DNA of 32,000 nucleotides from Wolbachia endosymbiont strain TRS of Brugia malayi (GCF_000008385.1 NC_006833.1:960001-992000), one strand, 5' to 3'. Shown: positions 8,818 through 18,927, counted from the first letter of the stretch. Numbers and translations are program-made. Notes: a model not told the origin generated them from the sequence alone.

Positions 8818-10095
8818 ATGCATAAAATATTAGTAAGGAGTAACTATAAACCCTTGGTTGGACAAATCAAGATTAATGGTTCGAAGAATGCTATTTTGCC
8901 AATAATGGCAGCTAGCCTCTTGAGTAGTTCTTCAGTAGTTCTACATAATGTACCTGATCTAATTGATGTGCACCTGATGTCTGAATTGCTTGAAGGTCTT
9001 GGAGCAAAAGTAAACTTTATGCACAACAAAGATCACAAAGCAAATCATACTTTGGAAACTGATTGCAGTAACATCAACAATTACGCGATACAGTATGAAA
9101 CTGCAAGCAAACTACGAGCTTCTTTTCTAATGTTGGGCCCAATGCTTAGTAGATTTGGCAAAGCGAGAACAGCTTTTCCTGGTGGATGCAATATCGGAAA
9201 GCGTCCCGTTGATATGCATATCAAAGCGTTAGAAGAAATGGGAGCTAAAATTGAAATTGATGGCTATAATATAATTGCAACAGTGAAAGGAAAGCTACAA
9301 GGAAGAAAAATCACACTTGAGAAAATAAGCGTCGGTGCAACAGAAAATATAATAATGGCAGCAACACTTGCAGAAGGAGTAACAACAATAAATAATGCTG
9401 CAACTGAGCCAGAAATTCTTGATTTAATAGAGTTTCTAAAGAAAATAGGTGCTGATATTAAAATCAATAATACGAAGGTTATAATAACAGGAGTTAAAAA
9501 ATTAAATGGGTGTATCCACAAAATAATATCAGATCGAATAGAAGCCGGTACGTATGCATTAGCTGCTATCATAACTAACGGTAAGCTGGTGTTGGAAGGA
9601 ATCAATCTATCTGACATCAGATGTATTGCAAATGAGTTGGAAGCTATAGGAGCTATGGTTGAACTGTACGACGGAAGCATTGTCATTTCCAGAAAAAATG
9701 GTTCTATTAAGTCTACTAATGTTGCAACAGATCCATACCCCAACTTCCCCAGTGATATGCAACCACAACTGATGTCCGCAATGTGCATCGCTGACGGGAT
9801 ATCAGTAATTGAAGAAAACATTTTTGAAAATAGGTTTTCACATGCAGATGAATTAAGAAAGTTAGGTGCTAATATTAGCATTAAGAAAAACAAAGCTGCT
9901 ATAAATGGAATAAAAAGCTTATCTGGAGCTAATCTATATGCTACTGACTTAAGATCAACTGCAGCTTTAGTGCTTGCTTCTTTAGTAGCCAGTGGAGAAA
10001 CCACAATAAATAACTCACATCATTTATGGAGAGGGTATGAAGCAATGCACGAAAAACTTAATTCATGCGGGGCCGATATCTCTATTTCACCTTGA
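8818..10095 (+). CDS. murA: UDP-N-acetylglucosamine 1-carboxyvinyltransferase
   Basis: GSKNAILPIMAASLL, FPGGCNIGKRPVDMH, GATENIIMAATLAEG, DLRSTAALVLASLVASGETTI motifs. Confidence 0.95.
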   Translation: MHKILVRSNYKPLVGQIKINGSKNAILPIMAASLLSSSSVVLHNVPDLIDVHLMSELLEGLGAKVNFMHNKDHKANHTLETDCSNINNYAIQYETASKLRASFLMLGPMLSRFGKARTAFPGGCNIGKRPVDMHIKALEEMGAKIEIDGYNIIATVKGKLQGRKITLEKISVGATENIIMAATLAEGVTTINNAATEPEILDLIEFLKKIGADIKINNTKVIITGVKKLNGCIHKIISDRIEAGTYALAAIITNGKLVLEGINLSDIRCIANELEAIGAMVELYDGSIVISRKNGSIKSTNVATDPYPNFPSDMQPQLMSAMCIADGISVIEENIFENRFSHADELRKLGANISIKKNKAAINGIKSLSGANLYATDLRSTAALVLASLVASGETTINNSHHLWRGYEAMHEKLNSCGADISISP

Positions 10096-10104
10096 GGACA
10101 TTTT

Positions 10105-10974
10105 ATGAATGAAGAACGTTATTCAACCAAGAGAATCACAGTAAAAGAGATAGATGAAATTCTATATGAGGAACACAGGGTACTAGATCATGGGTTTATT
10201 CGAGTAGTGGATTATATGGGCTCTGATAGCGCCATAGTACAAGCTGCTCGTGTTTCTTATGGCAAAGGAACAAAACAGATAAATCAAGACGAAGTACTTA
10301 TAAAGTATTTAATGAGATATCATCATACAACTCCATTTGAAATGTGTGAAATTAAGTTTCATGTGAAACTTCCAATTTTTATTGCAAGACAATGGATAAG
10401 GCATAGAACTGCAAACGTAAATGAATATTCTGCAAGGTATTCAATCCTTGATCATGAATTCTATATACCAGAACCAGAGCAAGTTGCAAAACAATCCGAT
10501 AATAATAAACAAGGTAGTGGTGAAGCTTTTGACTTGGATATCTCAAAGGAAATAATAGATTCTCTAATAAATGACTCTAATTTGGTGTATTCTCATTACA
10601 ACAAATTTATTGAACAAGGACTTACAAGAGAAATTGCCAGGACTAACTTAACACTTAATTATTACACGCAATTTTATTGGAAGGTAGATCTACATAACCT
10701 TCTTCATTTTTTAAAGCTTAGAGCTGATAAGCGTGCCCAACATGAAATTAGAGTCTATGCAGAAGTTATATTGGATATAGTAAAGAAGTGGGTACCACTA
10801 GTCCACAGCGCCTTTGTTGAATACTGTTTAGAATCAGCCTGCATTTCAAGAACTGGCCTTGGGATAATTCGCAAATTAATTAGAGGAGAAAATGTTACTA
10901 GAGAAGAAAGCAATATTGGTAAAAGAGAATGGGAAGAGCTGATGTTTATACTTGATAAACAACCTGAAAGATAA
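10105..10974 (+). CDS. thyX: FAD-dependent thymidylate synthase
   Basis: [19 protein letters not shown] matches the ThyX signature; HDLGF-like start region; [16 protein letters not shown]. Confidence 0.96.
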   Translation: MNEERYSTKRITVKEIDEILYEEHRVLDHGFIRVVDYMGSDSAIVQAARVSYGKGTKQINQDEVLIKYLMRYHHTTPFEMCEIKFHVKLPIFIARQWIRHRTANVNEYSARYSILDHEFYIPEPEQVAKQSDNNKQGSGEAFDLDISKEIIDSLINDSNLVYSHYNKFIEQGLTREIARTNLTLNYYTQFYWKVDLHNLLHFLKLRADKRAQHEIRVYAEVILDIVKKWVPLVHSAFVEYCLESACISRTGLGIIRKLIRGENVTREESNIGKREWEELMFILDKQPER

Positions 10975-11040
10975 AAGCATGTGCACTAATTTTTTCTGTT
11001 AGTTAATTTTCGTCCACCAGATCACATCTTACCCTTCACA

Positions 11041-13131
11041 TCACATTAACTCATCACTTTTGTAGAACATTTCATTGAAATCACTTATAGTTCCAAAATC
11101 CTGATCTTTGATAAACAGATGATTATTTGTAACATAAGCTTCAGAAAGAGTAATTGGCTTTCCATCAAGCTTAGAATCTTGTATATAAATTTTATTATAC
11201 AGAGCTATCATTTGATCATAATTGTATTTTCCAGTAGTATACTGACTACTTAAGTTTTGATAAAAATTATCTATATCTTGATCTTGAACCTGTAGCACCG
11301 CCTTATATTTACCAGTTTCAATAAATTCACCTGTCTTTATTTTCAAGGGGTGTTGTAGATAATCTACTTCATTATCCTCCATACTGTCTATAACGCTTGC
11401 TATGACGGCTTCTTCTTGTTTATTTTTATCATCTTCTTCTAGCGATCCTTTATCCCTATTTCTTTCCTCATTAGCAGGTTGTTCAGTCTGACTCTCTTGC
11501 ATATCTGATTCATTTTCATGCCTTAAATGCCCTTCGCCGTTTAACTGAATCTTGACCCAATCTTTAAACTCCTGATTATAGCCCTTCAGCTTAGTTAGAA
11601 AATCCTCAAATAATTTATTATCTTGAGGTCTATTTGTACTGTGCATAGAAAGGCTTTTCAAAAAACTATCAAGGAGATCTGGATGTTTATGCTCAAGAAA
11701 TTTTATTACCTGCTCTGCTTTTGAATAGTAATAATCTCCTTGGTTATTATTACGTAATATCTCGTCAGGTTTTAGAAACTTGCGTTGTATCGTAGAAAGA
11801 GCTTCAATATCCTCACGATCATTGACGTGCTTACCGTTTTCCACGCTTGCCATATAGTTAGCAACTCCTTCATGCATAGCTTTAGACAAAACATCGCCCG
11901 TACCATAATAAGAATTAATAATAGTCAAAGCGTGCCCCAACTCGTGCTTTAAAGTTTTACATGAGTAATCAAATTGATCCTGTAAGTAAAAATAAACATG
12001 AATTTCCGAACCGCGACCTTGGAGTGTTAAACCAGAGTGATCTTTAGCATCAATGTTCAACTCCTTAAGGTAATCTTCATAGTTGCTCCTTGTATTAAAT
12101 ACGAAAATGTTGACCTTACTTGGTATATTGTGCCAAGGCTGAGAATTATTAATGCCAAATGCTGAGTCAAAATCTCTTATGGCACCCTTGACAGTGTCTT
12201 TTATATTACTCAGCTTGTCCTGATTTAATTCTTTATTATCATACTTTATGTTTATTTGAAGCTTATGTTCGCTGAGGGTAATAACTTCACTGTCTGGTAC
12301 AAGATCTGCGGCAACTTTATTACCACCTCCTACATCCATCCACTCCTTAAATTCTCTCTCAATTCCTGAATTATTTAAAAGCTGCTTGAACCTCAACACT
12401 GCTTGTTCTTTACCAGAAGATATTTCAGTAAGCAGTTGTTTTATGAATTGAGGATGTTTTTCTTGCAAGAACGTTACTAAGCAATCTGCCATTCTATAAC
12501 CATTAGCCATATTAGCTATTTTATAAGGTGTGTTGTATCCCGATTCTTGCATCTCATCGTATGTCTCTTTTATATAGTGCATATCATGAGTACTCTTCTT
12601 CTTAGCTGCATCATAACTCCACATAAAAAGCTTCACACCAGTACGTAAGACTTCAGGTACTTCATTCAAATTGCCAGTAGCGTACTCAAGAAATGCATCA
12701 CTCATCTTTTCCATTAAAATTTTAGACTTCGCACAAAATAAACCATTTACATCTCCAATAATGAAAGTCTTTGCTATTGTACCGTCAGCTTCATGTGCCC
12801 TTACCGTTCCACCACCCCATAGTTCATTATGGTCTTTGCCACCTGAAAGCTCCTTTATGTAAGCTTTATAATCGTCATAACTTTTCAGCACATAAAGTTG
12901 CAATTTCACTGGGCCGCTATTATAGTTTTTCTGTGAATAGAAATTCTCAGACCAAGCCTCATAAGTATCTTTTACAATTTGCTTTATATAATCAGGCGTA
13001 TAGCTTATTAGTCCACCATATCTCACTTCTACTATAAGCTCATTGCTTATCACTACATCCTCTTTATTTGGAAACAGTTTTTCAATCAGCATTTGTGATT
13101 TATCATGCCCAAAATTTGTTTTGAATGCCAT
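11041..13131 (-). CDS. Collagenase-like (M9-like) zinc metallopeptidase with tandem duplicated peptidase domains
   Basis: HELGH at 11932-11946 (minus), followed by AMHEGVANYMAS (glutamate-ligand-like HEG). The N-terminal half has the same architecture without the catalytic residues. The C-terminal tail is E/Q/K/N-rich. Confidence 0.65.
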   Translation of the reverse strand: MAFKTNFGHDKSQMLIEKLFPNKEDVVISNELIVEVRYGGLISYTPDYIKQIVKDTYEAWSENFYSQKNYNSGPVKLQLYVLKSYDDYKAYIKELSGGKDHNELWGGGTVRAHEADGTIAKTFIIGDVNGLFCAKSKILMEKMSDAFLEYATGNLNEVPEVLRTGVKLFMWSYDAAKKKSTHDMHYIKETYDEMQESGYNTPYKIANMANGYRMADCLVTFLQEKHPQFIKQLLTEISSGKEQAVLRFKQLLNNSGIEREFKEWMDVGGGNKVAADLVPDSEVITLSEHKLQINIKYDNKELNQDKLSNIKDTVKGAIRDFDSAFGINNSQPWHNIPSKVNIFVFNTRSNYEDYLKELNIDAKDHSGLTLQGRGSEIHVYFYLQDQFDYSCKTLKHELGHALTIINSYYGTGDVLSKAMHEGVANYMASVENGKHVNDREDIEALSTIQRKFLKPDEILRNNNQGDYYYSKAEQVIKFLEHKHPDLLDSFLKSLSMHSTNRPQDNKLFEDFLTKLKGYNQEFKDWVKIQLNGEGHLRHENESDMQESQTEQPANEERNRDKGSLEEDDKNKQEEAVIASVIDSMEDNEVDYLQHPLKIKTGEFIETGKYKAVLQVQDQDIDNFYQNLSSQYTTGKYNYDQMIALYNKIYIQDSKLDGKPITLSEAYVTNNHLFIKDQDFGTISDFNEMFYKSDELM

Positions 13132-13208
13132 ATTTACCTCTTAAAAACTTTTACTATAAATAAGCTTTAAAAAAGATCTATTAATTATGGGTTCAATTCT
13201 TGATTGAC

Positions 13209-15918
13209 TCACTTATTACCATTTCCTTTTGCACAATTAGATAACTCTATAGACAATTGATCAACACTAAAAAGCTGATTCTTAGTGTTAAAATATTTAG
13301 CATAACTGTCAGAATTAAATTCAGATATTGGTAGAAACCAATTTTAAGTTCAGGGTAAGAACTCTTGTTAAGCACAAAAAACAAGTTTTCAAATCAACCA
13401 GCATATTACTACCAGGACTAACGAAATTAAAATATTTATCGCCTTCCAATCCTTCATGTGTCGATATTCCACTATATAGTATTTACTCGAATCAAGAATG
13501 ACTTCCCTCCGCCACGTTGTAAAATTACTGCTGAACGTCCATCAACTATATCATAACCTTTTACCACTTTAAATAAGGTAATATACCTCTTTCTATAAAC
13601 CCTTTTACTTCCTCATTCTTTCAATCTAACTCTTTTTCCGCTTGTTTTTCTCTCTTACCAAATTCACCTTCTTTCTTAGCATTTTCATTTTGTATCTGCA
13701 AAAATATATCTCTTGTATGGTTAAGCCATTTGCATTGCTTAGAAAGTTATCTAGCACATTTGATGCAATGGGTGACAATTCGCCCTGATCATTACATGCT
13801 TTTTCCTTTGTCTTATATTGATGATTGGGATTGTAGATTACAGCCAGAGGGTAAAATCCATAATCTACAATTGGCGTTCCATCAGATGATAGTTCTATTG
13901 AAAATCCGTTATGATCGAGTGGAAGATTGGAAACTAAATATCTATCATATCACCTCTGATGCATAGCTCACTTCCACCACTGTGTCCGCTATATCTACTA
14001 TAGTAGATATAAAAATTTTCATAATTAAAATCTAAGTAGTCATTTAGATTATCAAATTGAACTGTATTGCCAAGCTTTTCACGTAAAAGATTTTTGTTCT
14101 CATTTGTAAGCTTTACACGCACAGAAAAATAATACCGGTCTTAAGTTCGCCTTTTTCTACTTGAAAGTTCAAAGTAATTGTACCGTTAATCATCAGTAAT
14201 CCCCACAAATCGTATAAATTTATCAACTACCTTATTTATCAATTATAAGGTGTGTACTACAAAAAATATGTTAAACATTAAGATTTTTTCTATATCCAGA
14301 CAAGGCAACTACAATTTGTGATTTCAGCGCATAACACTAAAATCCAGAAAAAACATGTTTAGGTTGCTATGTGAACGATATTAACGGTCGTTATACAACT
14401 TGTACAGCAGCTCCACTACAATATTTGTTTACTGCTTGTCTGTAGGTATCCTACACACCACCTAATGTTACCTGCAACTCCTGACAACAGCACAGCAGTC
14501 GCAATCATTCCGATAGCGGCAATTTTAGGCATAATCCCTATTGCAACTAGCGTAGCTCCTATAGCACCAAACAATAATGCTAAGCCTATTGTCCATCCCC
14601 CCGAAAAAGTTCTAGAAGGTTGTTGTTTTTGTGAAGAAATTATGCTTGTGTACTATAAGACAGTTGCTAGGTGCTTTGTTTTCTGTGCAAATTATTATTA
14701 CTTTCATCACTTGCAGACGTTTTTTGAAATGGAGTTGTACTACCTGTGAACATTTGTGAATCACTATCTATTGATTATTCCTGTTATATAATAGTCTTAC
14801 TTGTAATCGATTGTTCCAAAATTTGTTCATCATTATTTACATTTTTATCTATTTTTGATTGAAATGACTCTTAAGCACTACACTATAACCTACATTATCA
14901 ATTGTTGTTTCCAAAGTTGGATCTGGATCTTGATAGTAAGTTATAGTAGCAGTAGATACTTCAGGTTTACCTTTTATCGTTCTTTTTACCAGCTTTTTCT
15001 TTTCTATTTTATAAATATTAAACTGATCAGAAAAACTGAAGGCTAATCTATCTTTAAATACCTACTCAAAATCGTTCACAAAGCTGTTTTTATACATACA
15101 ATGTGCTGTTCTACTACCTGGACTGTACATATCCACAATTCTTATTGTAGTTTTTTGTTTTCTCGAAACTATTAACCTTTTCGTTAGTGAGATACATTAT
15201 ACTTTTAGCTATCGCGGGATCGGTACTGCTAACTAAACTTCTAATATACTCTTTCATCTACTACTATGACTCTAATATAAAATCTCTCACGTCCGTATTC
15301 ATTATCTATAACAGAACCTATTGTTGTTCTTCCAATTCTATTGTCTAATAACTATGGAACAGTAGATAACCTTTATATGCTTCTCGCACATCCTTATCAT
15401 TTAAAAGTACTGTTGCCCTTTCTACATGTTATCTAAGCTTCTTTTCTGATACTTATTGAGATACCTTTTACTAAAGTTACCGTGATCACAATTATAACAT
15501 TTTATCACCATTTCCACATATCGAGATGCATCAAGCAAATATGAACTCCTACTATGCAGTTCAACAGTCGATACTGCATTTTGACTTACTGTATTTGGGC
15601 AAAAGGCATGTTCATAAGCTTTGTTTCTAGCTTTCTCAAATGTTAACCACCTTCAACAACAGGTATTCCCCTTATTTTCATTTCATTTTTCGGTAACAAT
15701 TGGTCATTTGTAAAAGCAAGTGCTGAAAAAAGCGTCCAAGCATTGGTACCATGAGCAGCAAAAGTTCTCTTATCAATAAGGTATTTTCTTTTAAAATTCT
15801 CATTCATTTTAAACAACTGCTTTTCCAATTAGATTGGTCTTCTGTTCTTCATAAAGTTCTTATGAAGTTCAGAAAATCCTATTAGTTTCTGTACATGAGA
15901 CCCTTGCATATTTACCAT
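13209..15918 (-). pseudogene. Large decayed protein gene (about 2.7 kb), many frameshifts/stops; unknown family
   Basis: Minus-strand fragments in shifting frames read as protein: MVNMQGSHVQKLIGFSELHKNFMKNRRPI*LEKQLFKMNENFKRKYLIDKRTFAAHGTNAWTLFSALAFTNDQLLPKNEMKIRGIPVVEGG ... TFEKARNKAYEHAFCPNTVSQNAVSTVELHSRSSYLLDASRYVE ... VFKDRLAFSFSDQFNIYKIEKEKAGKKN ... KGKPEVSTATITYYQDPDPTLETTIDNVGYS ... GWTIGLALLFGAIGATLVAIGIMPKIAAIGMIATAVLLSGVAG ... MINGTITLNFQVEKGELKTGIIFLCV ... DRYLVSNLPLDHNGFSIELSSDGTPIVDYGFYPLAVIYNPN ... NSDSYAKYFNTKNQLFSVDQLSIELSNCAKGNGNK*. Confidence 0.7.
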
Positions 15919-15991
15919 CTTAGCTAAATAAATTTATATATACTAGTTTAACAAACCAATCCACAAAAATCAACTCAAAACTCTTAAAACA

Positions 15992-18370
15992 ATGCTAAAC
16001 TCAATTGCTATGGCAAGAACAGTTAATGTACTACTACCACTCCCAATTGACCAATTGTTTTCATATGCAGTTAAGGAAAATACTGACGTTTCAGTTGGAG
16101 ATTATGTGGTGGTGCCATTTGGCAAAAAACGCTTGATCGGAATAGTTTGGAAGTATAGTAACAAGAACGATCAAGAATTAAAATTCATTGAGCAAAAGAT
16201 CAATCTACCAAATATTAGACTAAAATTAATTGCATTTGCAGAGTGGGTTGCACAGTACAATGTAATATCTATTGGTATGCTTGCAAAAGTAATAATGGGA
16301 GGAGTGTTAAAAGTAAATCACCTAGATAAGCTAGTTCATGTTGAACAAGAGCAGGAAGTAAGTGAGATAAATTACCAACTAAACCCCGAACAGCAGATAG
16401 CCAGCAATAAAATAATAAGCAATTTGAATGAGTATTCAGTGACTTTGCTTGACGGTGAGACAGGATCTGGAAAAACGGAAGTTTATCTCTCTGTAATTGC
16501 ACAATTGATTAAGAACTATAGCAGTACACCTGCCACTCCAAATGCTGCTCGGACTTTATCATTTCAGTGCCCAGATACACAACTGTACAAACATTGCAAT
16601 TTGGGTCCACCAGTAGGGTATCATCCCAGTACTCTAATATTGGGATCCAGCTTTCCACGCAATCTCATCAAAAACGTTCATTTTAACGTAAGAGCAGCCA
16701 CTCCCATACCTAGTTTACAAACAAAATTTCTGGATTCCAGTGTTAGCTACTTACATGACATCTTTATGTTTAAGGCAAAACCCACTATAATATTCAACAC
16801 ATTGTCTTCGCCAAGTGCTGGAATGACACCAAAATATGTCGAAACGGCATCAAACAAAGGTAGTATACAAGTTTTAATCCTCCTACCTGAAATTGTTTTA
16901 ACTTCACAATTGGTAAATCGTATTCGTAGTCAAACATCAAGAAACTTAGCTGAATGGCACTCAGGACTCACTCTAAAAACTCGCAGAAACAATTGGCTCA
17001 ATACAGCAAATGGAAATGCGCAGATAATTATTGGTGCACGATCAGCACTTTTTTTGCCCTATAAAAACCTAAAATTGATCATCGTTGATGAAGAGCACGA
17101 TTCATCTTTCAAACAAGAGCAGGGAACTATATATAATGCCCGGGATATGGCAATAATCTTGGCCAAAATCGAAAACATTCCAATAATTTTATCTTCAGCA
17201 ACTCCATTACTTGAAACTATTTATCATGTTAAAAATGGAAATTACAACTATGTAAAGCTAGCTAAGCGATTCGGTGGCGCAGAATTGCCACTCATTAAAG
17301 TAGTGGATACAAGAAACAATAAGCAATGGATTTCCAATGAGCTTTTTGAAGGAATAAAACAGACCATAGAGAAAAAACAGCAGGTTATGCTTTTTTTAAA
17401 CCGCAGAGGGTATGCACAACTTGCAGTTTGTAAAAAGTGTGGATATAAAATTCCCTGCTCGAACTGCGCTGTTTGGCTCGTATACCACAAGAAAAAAAAT
17501 GCTCTTTTGTGTCATCATTGTTCTTACCAATTAAAACTTCCAGAGAAATGTTCTAATTGCCAAAGTAAACAGTCATTGTTTCTTTATGGCATAGGAATTG
17601 AAAGGTTACTTGAAGAAACAGTCAAGTTAATACCAAACGCAAAAACTGCGATTATAAGTAGCGATCAGAAGTCGGTTAGTAACGTTATTGACTTAGTGTT
17701 GAAGGAAGAGTTAAACATTATAATTGGCACGCAGATAATTGCTAAAGGGCACAACTTCCCTAAATTAACTTTGGTTGGTGTGATAAATGCAGATTTGAGT
17801 CTTGAAAATGCTGATCTAAGAGCAGCAGAAAAGACGTATCAGTTATTACATCAAGTTGCAGGAAGGTCTGGAAGGTTTAATGAAAAAGGAATGGTAATAG
17901 TGCAAACCAATCATCCTGAAAGTTCAGTAATAAAAGCATTGCAGCATCAAAAAAGGGACTCATTTTATGAAATCGAACTTGAGTCAAGGTACAAAGCTAA
18001 AATGCCTCCATTTAGTAGACTAATCGCACTTATAATTTGCGGTAAGAATCAGATTGCAACACAAAAAGCAGCAAATGAGATAGCGAGCTTCTTGCATAAT
18101 CAATGTTTAAGCAAAAAGCTCCCGTCCTCTTCTTCTTTGTCATTCCAGTGCTTGACCCTAAAATCTAGAAAAAAAGAATTTGAAATTCTTGGTCCATCAC
18201 CGGCAGCAATAAGTTTCTTAAATAATAAGTACCGGTATAGGGTATTGCTAAAAATATATAATAAACATAGTCTATCCGTACAAAAAAAGCTGAAATATTG
18301 GATTAAAAATTGTAACTTAAGTCCGAATATTATAGTAACAATAGATGTTGATCCTATAAGTTTTTTTTAA
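15992..18370 (+). CDS. priA: Primosomal protein N' (replication restart helicase)
   Basis: GETGSGKTEVYL, DEEHDSSFKQEQG, LFLNRRGYAQLAVCKKCGYKIPCSNC zinc motifs, GTQIIAKGHNFPKLTLVGV, QVAGRSGRF. Contains in-frame insertions (see repeats). Confidence 0.93.
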   Translation: MLNSIAMARTVNVLLPLPIDQLFSYAVKENTDVSVGDYVVVPFGKKRLIGIVWKYSNKNDQELKFIEQKINLPNIRLKLIAFAEWVAQYNVISIGMLAKVIMGGVLKVNHLDKLVHVEQEQEVSEINYQLNPEQQIASNKIISNLNEYSVTLLDGETGSGKTEVYLSVIAQLIKNYSSTPATPNAARTLSFQCPDTQLYKHCNLGPPVGYHPSTLILGSSFPRNLIKNVHFNVRAATPIPSLQTKFLDSSVSYLHDIFMFKAKPTIIFNTLSSPSAGMTPKYVETASNKGSIQVLILLPEIVLTSQLVNRIRSQTSRNLAEWHSGLTLKTRRNNWLNTANGNAQIIIGARSALFLPYKNLKLIIVDEEHDSSFKQEQGTIYNARDMAIILAKIENIPIILSSATPLLETIYHVKNGNYNYVKLAKRFGGAELPLIKVVDTRNNKQWISNELFEGIKQTIEKKQQVMLFLNRRGYAQLAVCKKCGYKIPCSNCAVWLVYHKKKNALLCHHCSYQLKLPEKCSNCQSKQSLFLYGIGIERLLEETVKLIPNAKTAIISSDQKSVSNVIDLVLKEELNIIIGTQIIAKGHNFPKLTLVGVINADLSLENADLRAAEKTYQLLHQVAGRSGRFNEKGMVIVQTNHPESSVIKALQHQKRDSFYEIELESRYKAKMPPFSRLIALIICGKNQIATQKAANEIASFLHNQCLSKKLPSSSSLSFQCLTLKSRKKEFEILGPSPAAISFLNNKYRYRVLLKIYNKHSLSVQKKLKYWIKNCNLSPNIIVTIDVDPISFF
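16521..16862 (+). repeat. In-frame palindromic-element-like insertion within priA (about 114 codons)
   Basis: It separates QLIKNY from IQVLILLPEIVLTSQ, which are normally close together in PriA. It contains ITR-like arms TATCATCCCAGTACTCTAATATTGGGATCCAG (16619-16650) and CTGGATTCCAGTGTTAGCTACTTACATGACAT (16730-16761), and an outer pair ATCATTTCAGTGC (16558-16570) / GTGCTGGAATGAC. Confidence 0.7.
18110..18180 (+). repeat. Second, shorter palindromic-element-like in-frame insertion in priA
   Basis: TGTCATTCCAGTGCTTGACCCTAAAATCTAG encodes SLSFQCLTLKSR, located just before EILGPSPAAI. Confidence 0.5.
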
Positions 18371-18627
18371 TGATCACTTAAAACTAGATTACCTATAGCT
18401 AACCCAAGCAAGGTCTTCCTACATCATACTGCGGTTCATTCACGGTATTGTAAGTTAAAAGACTGAACAGCATCTCGGCCGCTAATGTGTAGCAGAACGG
18501 TGGTTGTCAGTAAACACTTCAGTTACAAATATTAAGAAATTTACCAAAAGGCAAAAAAACCCAGTGGTGCTGGTTTTGACCCTATAATAATTTAAATTGG
18601 CGCTGTAATAATTTGCTGACGCTTAGT

Positions 18628-18834
18628 CTAAGCGCAATTCGGCTGAATGCAGAAAAAATTCAAAAGACATGCAGACACTATAACTTGACATAATTCGCCA
18701 AAAAATACCTCAAGTCTTTTACTGAACTCACGCAGATCAAAAATAAGTTGTGAGTCAGAAATACCCTTATTATTATTATAATGAGGCTTTAAATATGCAG
18801 AAGTAATTTTCTCCGTTGGAGTAAAAAATTTTTT
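18628..18834 (-). pseudogene. Coding-like remnant, unknown family
   Basis: Stop-free minus frame KKFFTPTEKITSAYLKPHYNNNKGISDSQLIFDLREFSKRLEVFFGELCQVIVSACLLNFFCIQPNCA* with no ATG start. Confidence 0.35.
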
Positions 18835-18927
18835 TTATAGTTAACCAAAGTAAGATCAAGAGAGATTTACCACTTTCTCTATAAAGGGTTTGATGTTACC
18901 ATTTACGAACTATACTAAACTTATTGA

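Noticed and set aside
9264-10004. Long antisense ORF (246 aa, minus) across murA
   Set aside because: It lies entirely within the strongly supported murA CDS and reads as a low-information hydrophobic shadow ORF.
12671-13037. Two plus-strand ORFs over the metallopeptidase start
   Set aside because: Antisense to a well-supported domain; no family features.
14465-14749. 94-aa plus-strand ORF (MLPATPDNSTAVAIIPIAAILG...)
   Set aside because: The opposite strand reads as a natural TM hairpin (GLALLFGAIGATLVAIGIMPKIAAIG) that belongs to the minus-strand pseudogene.
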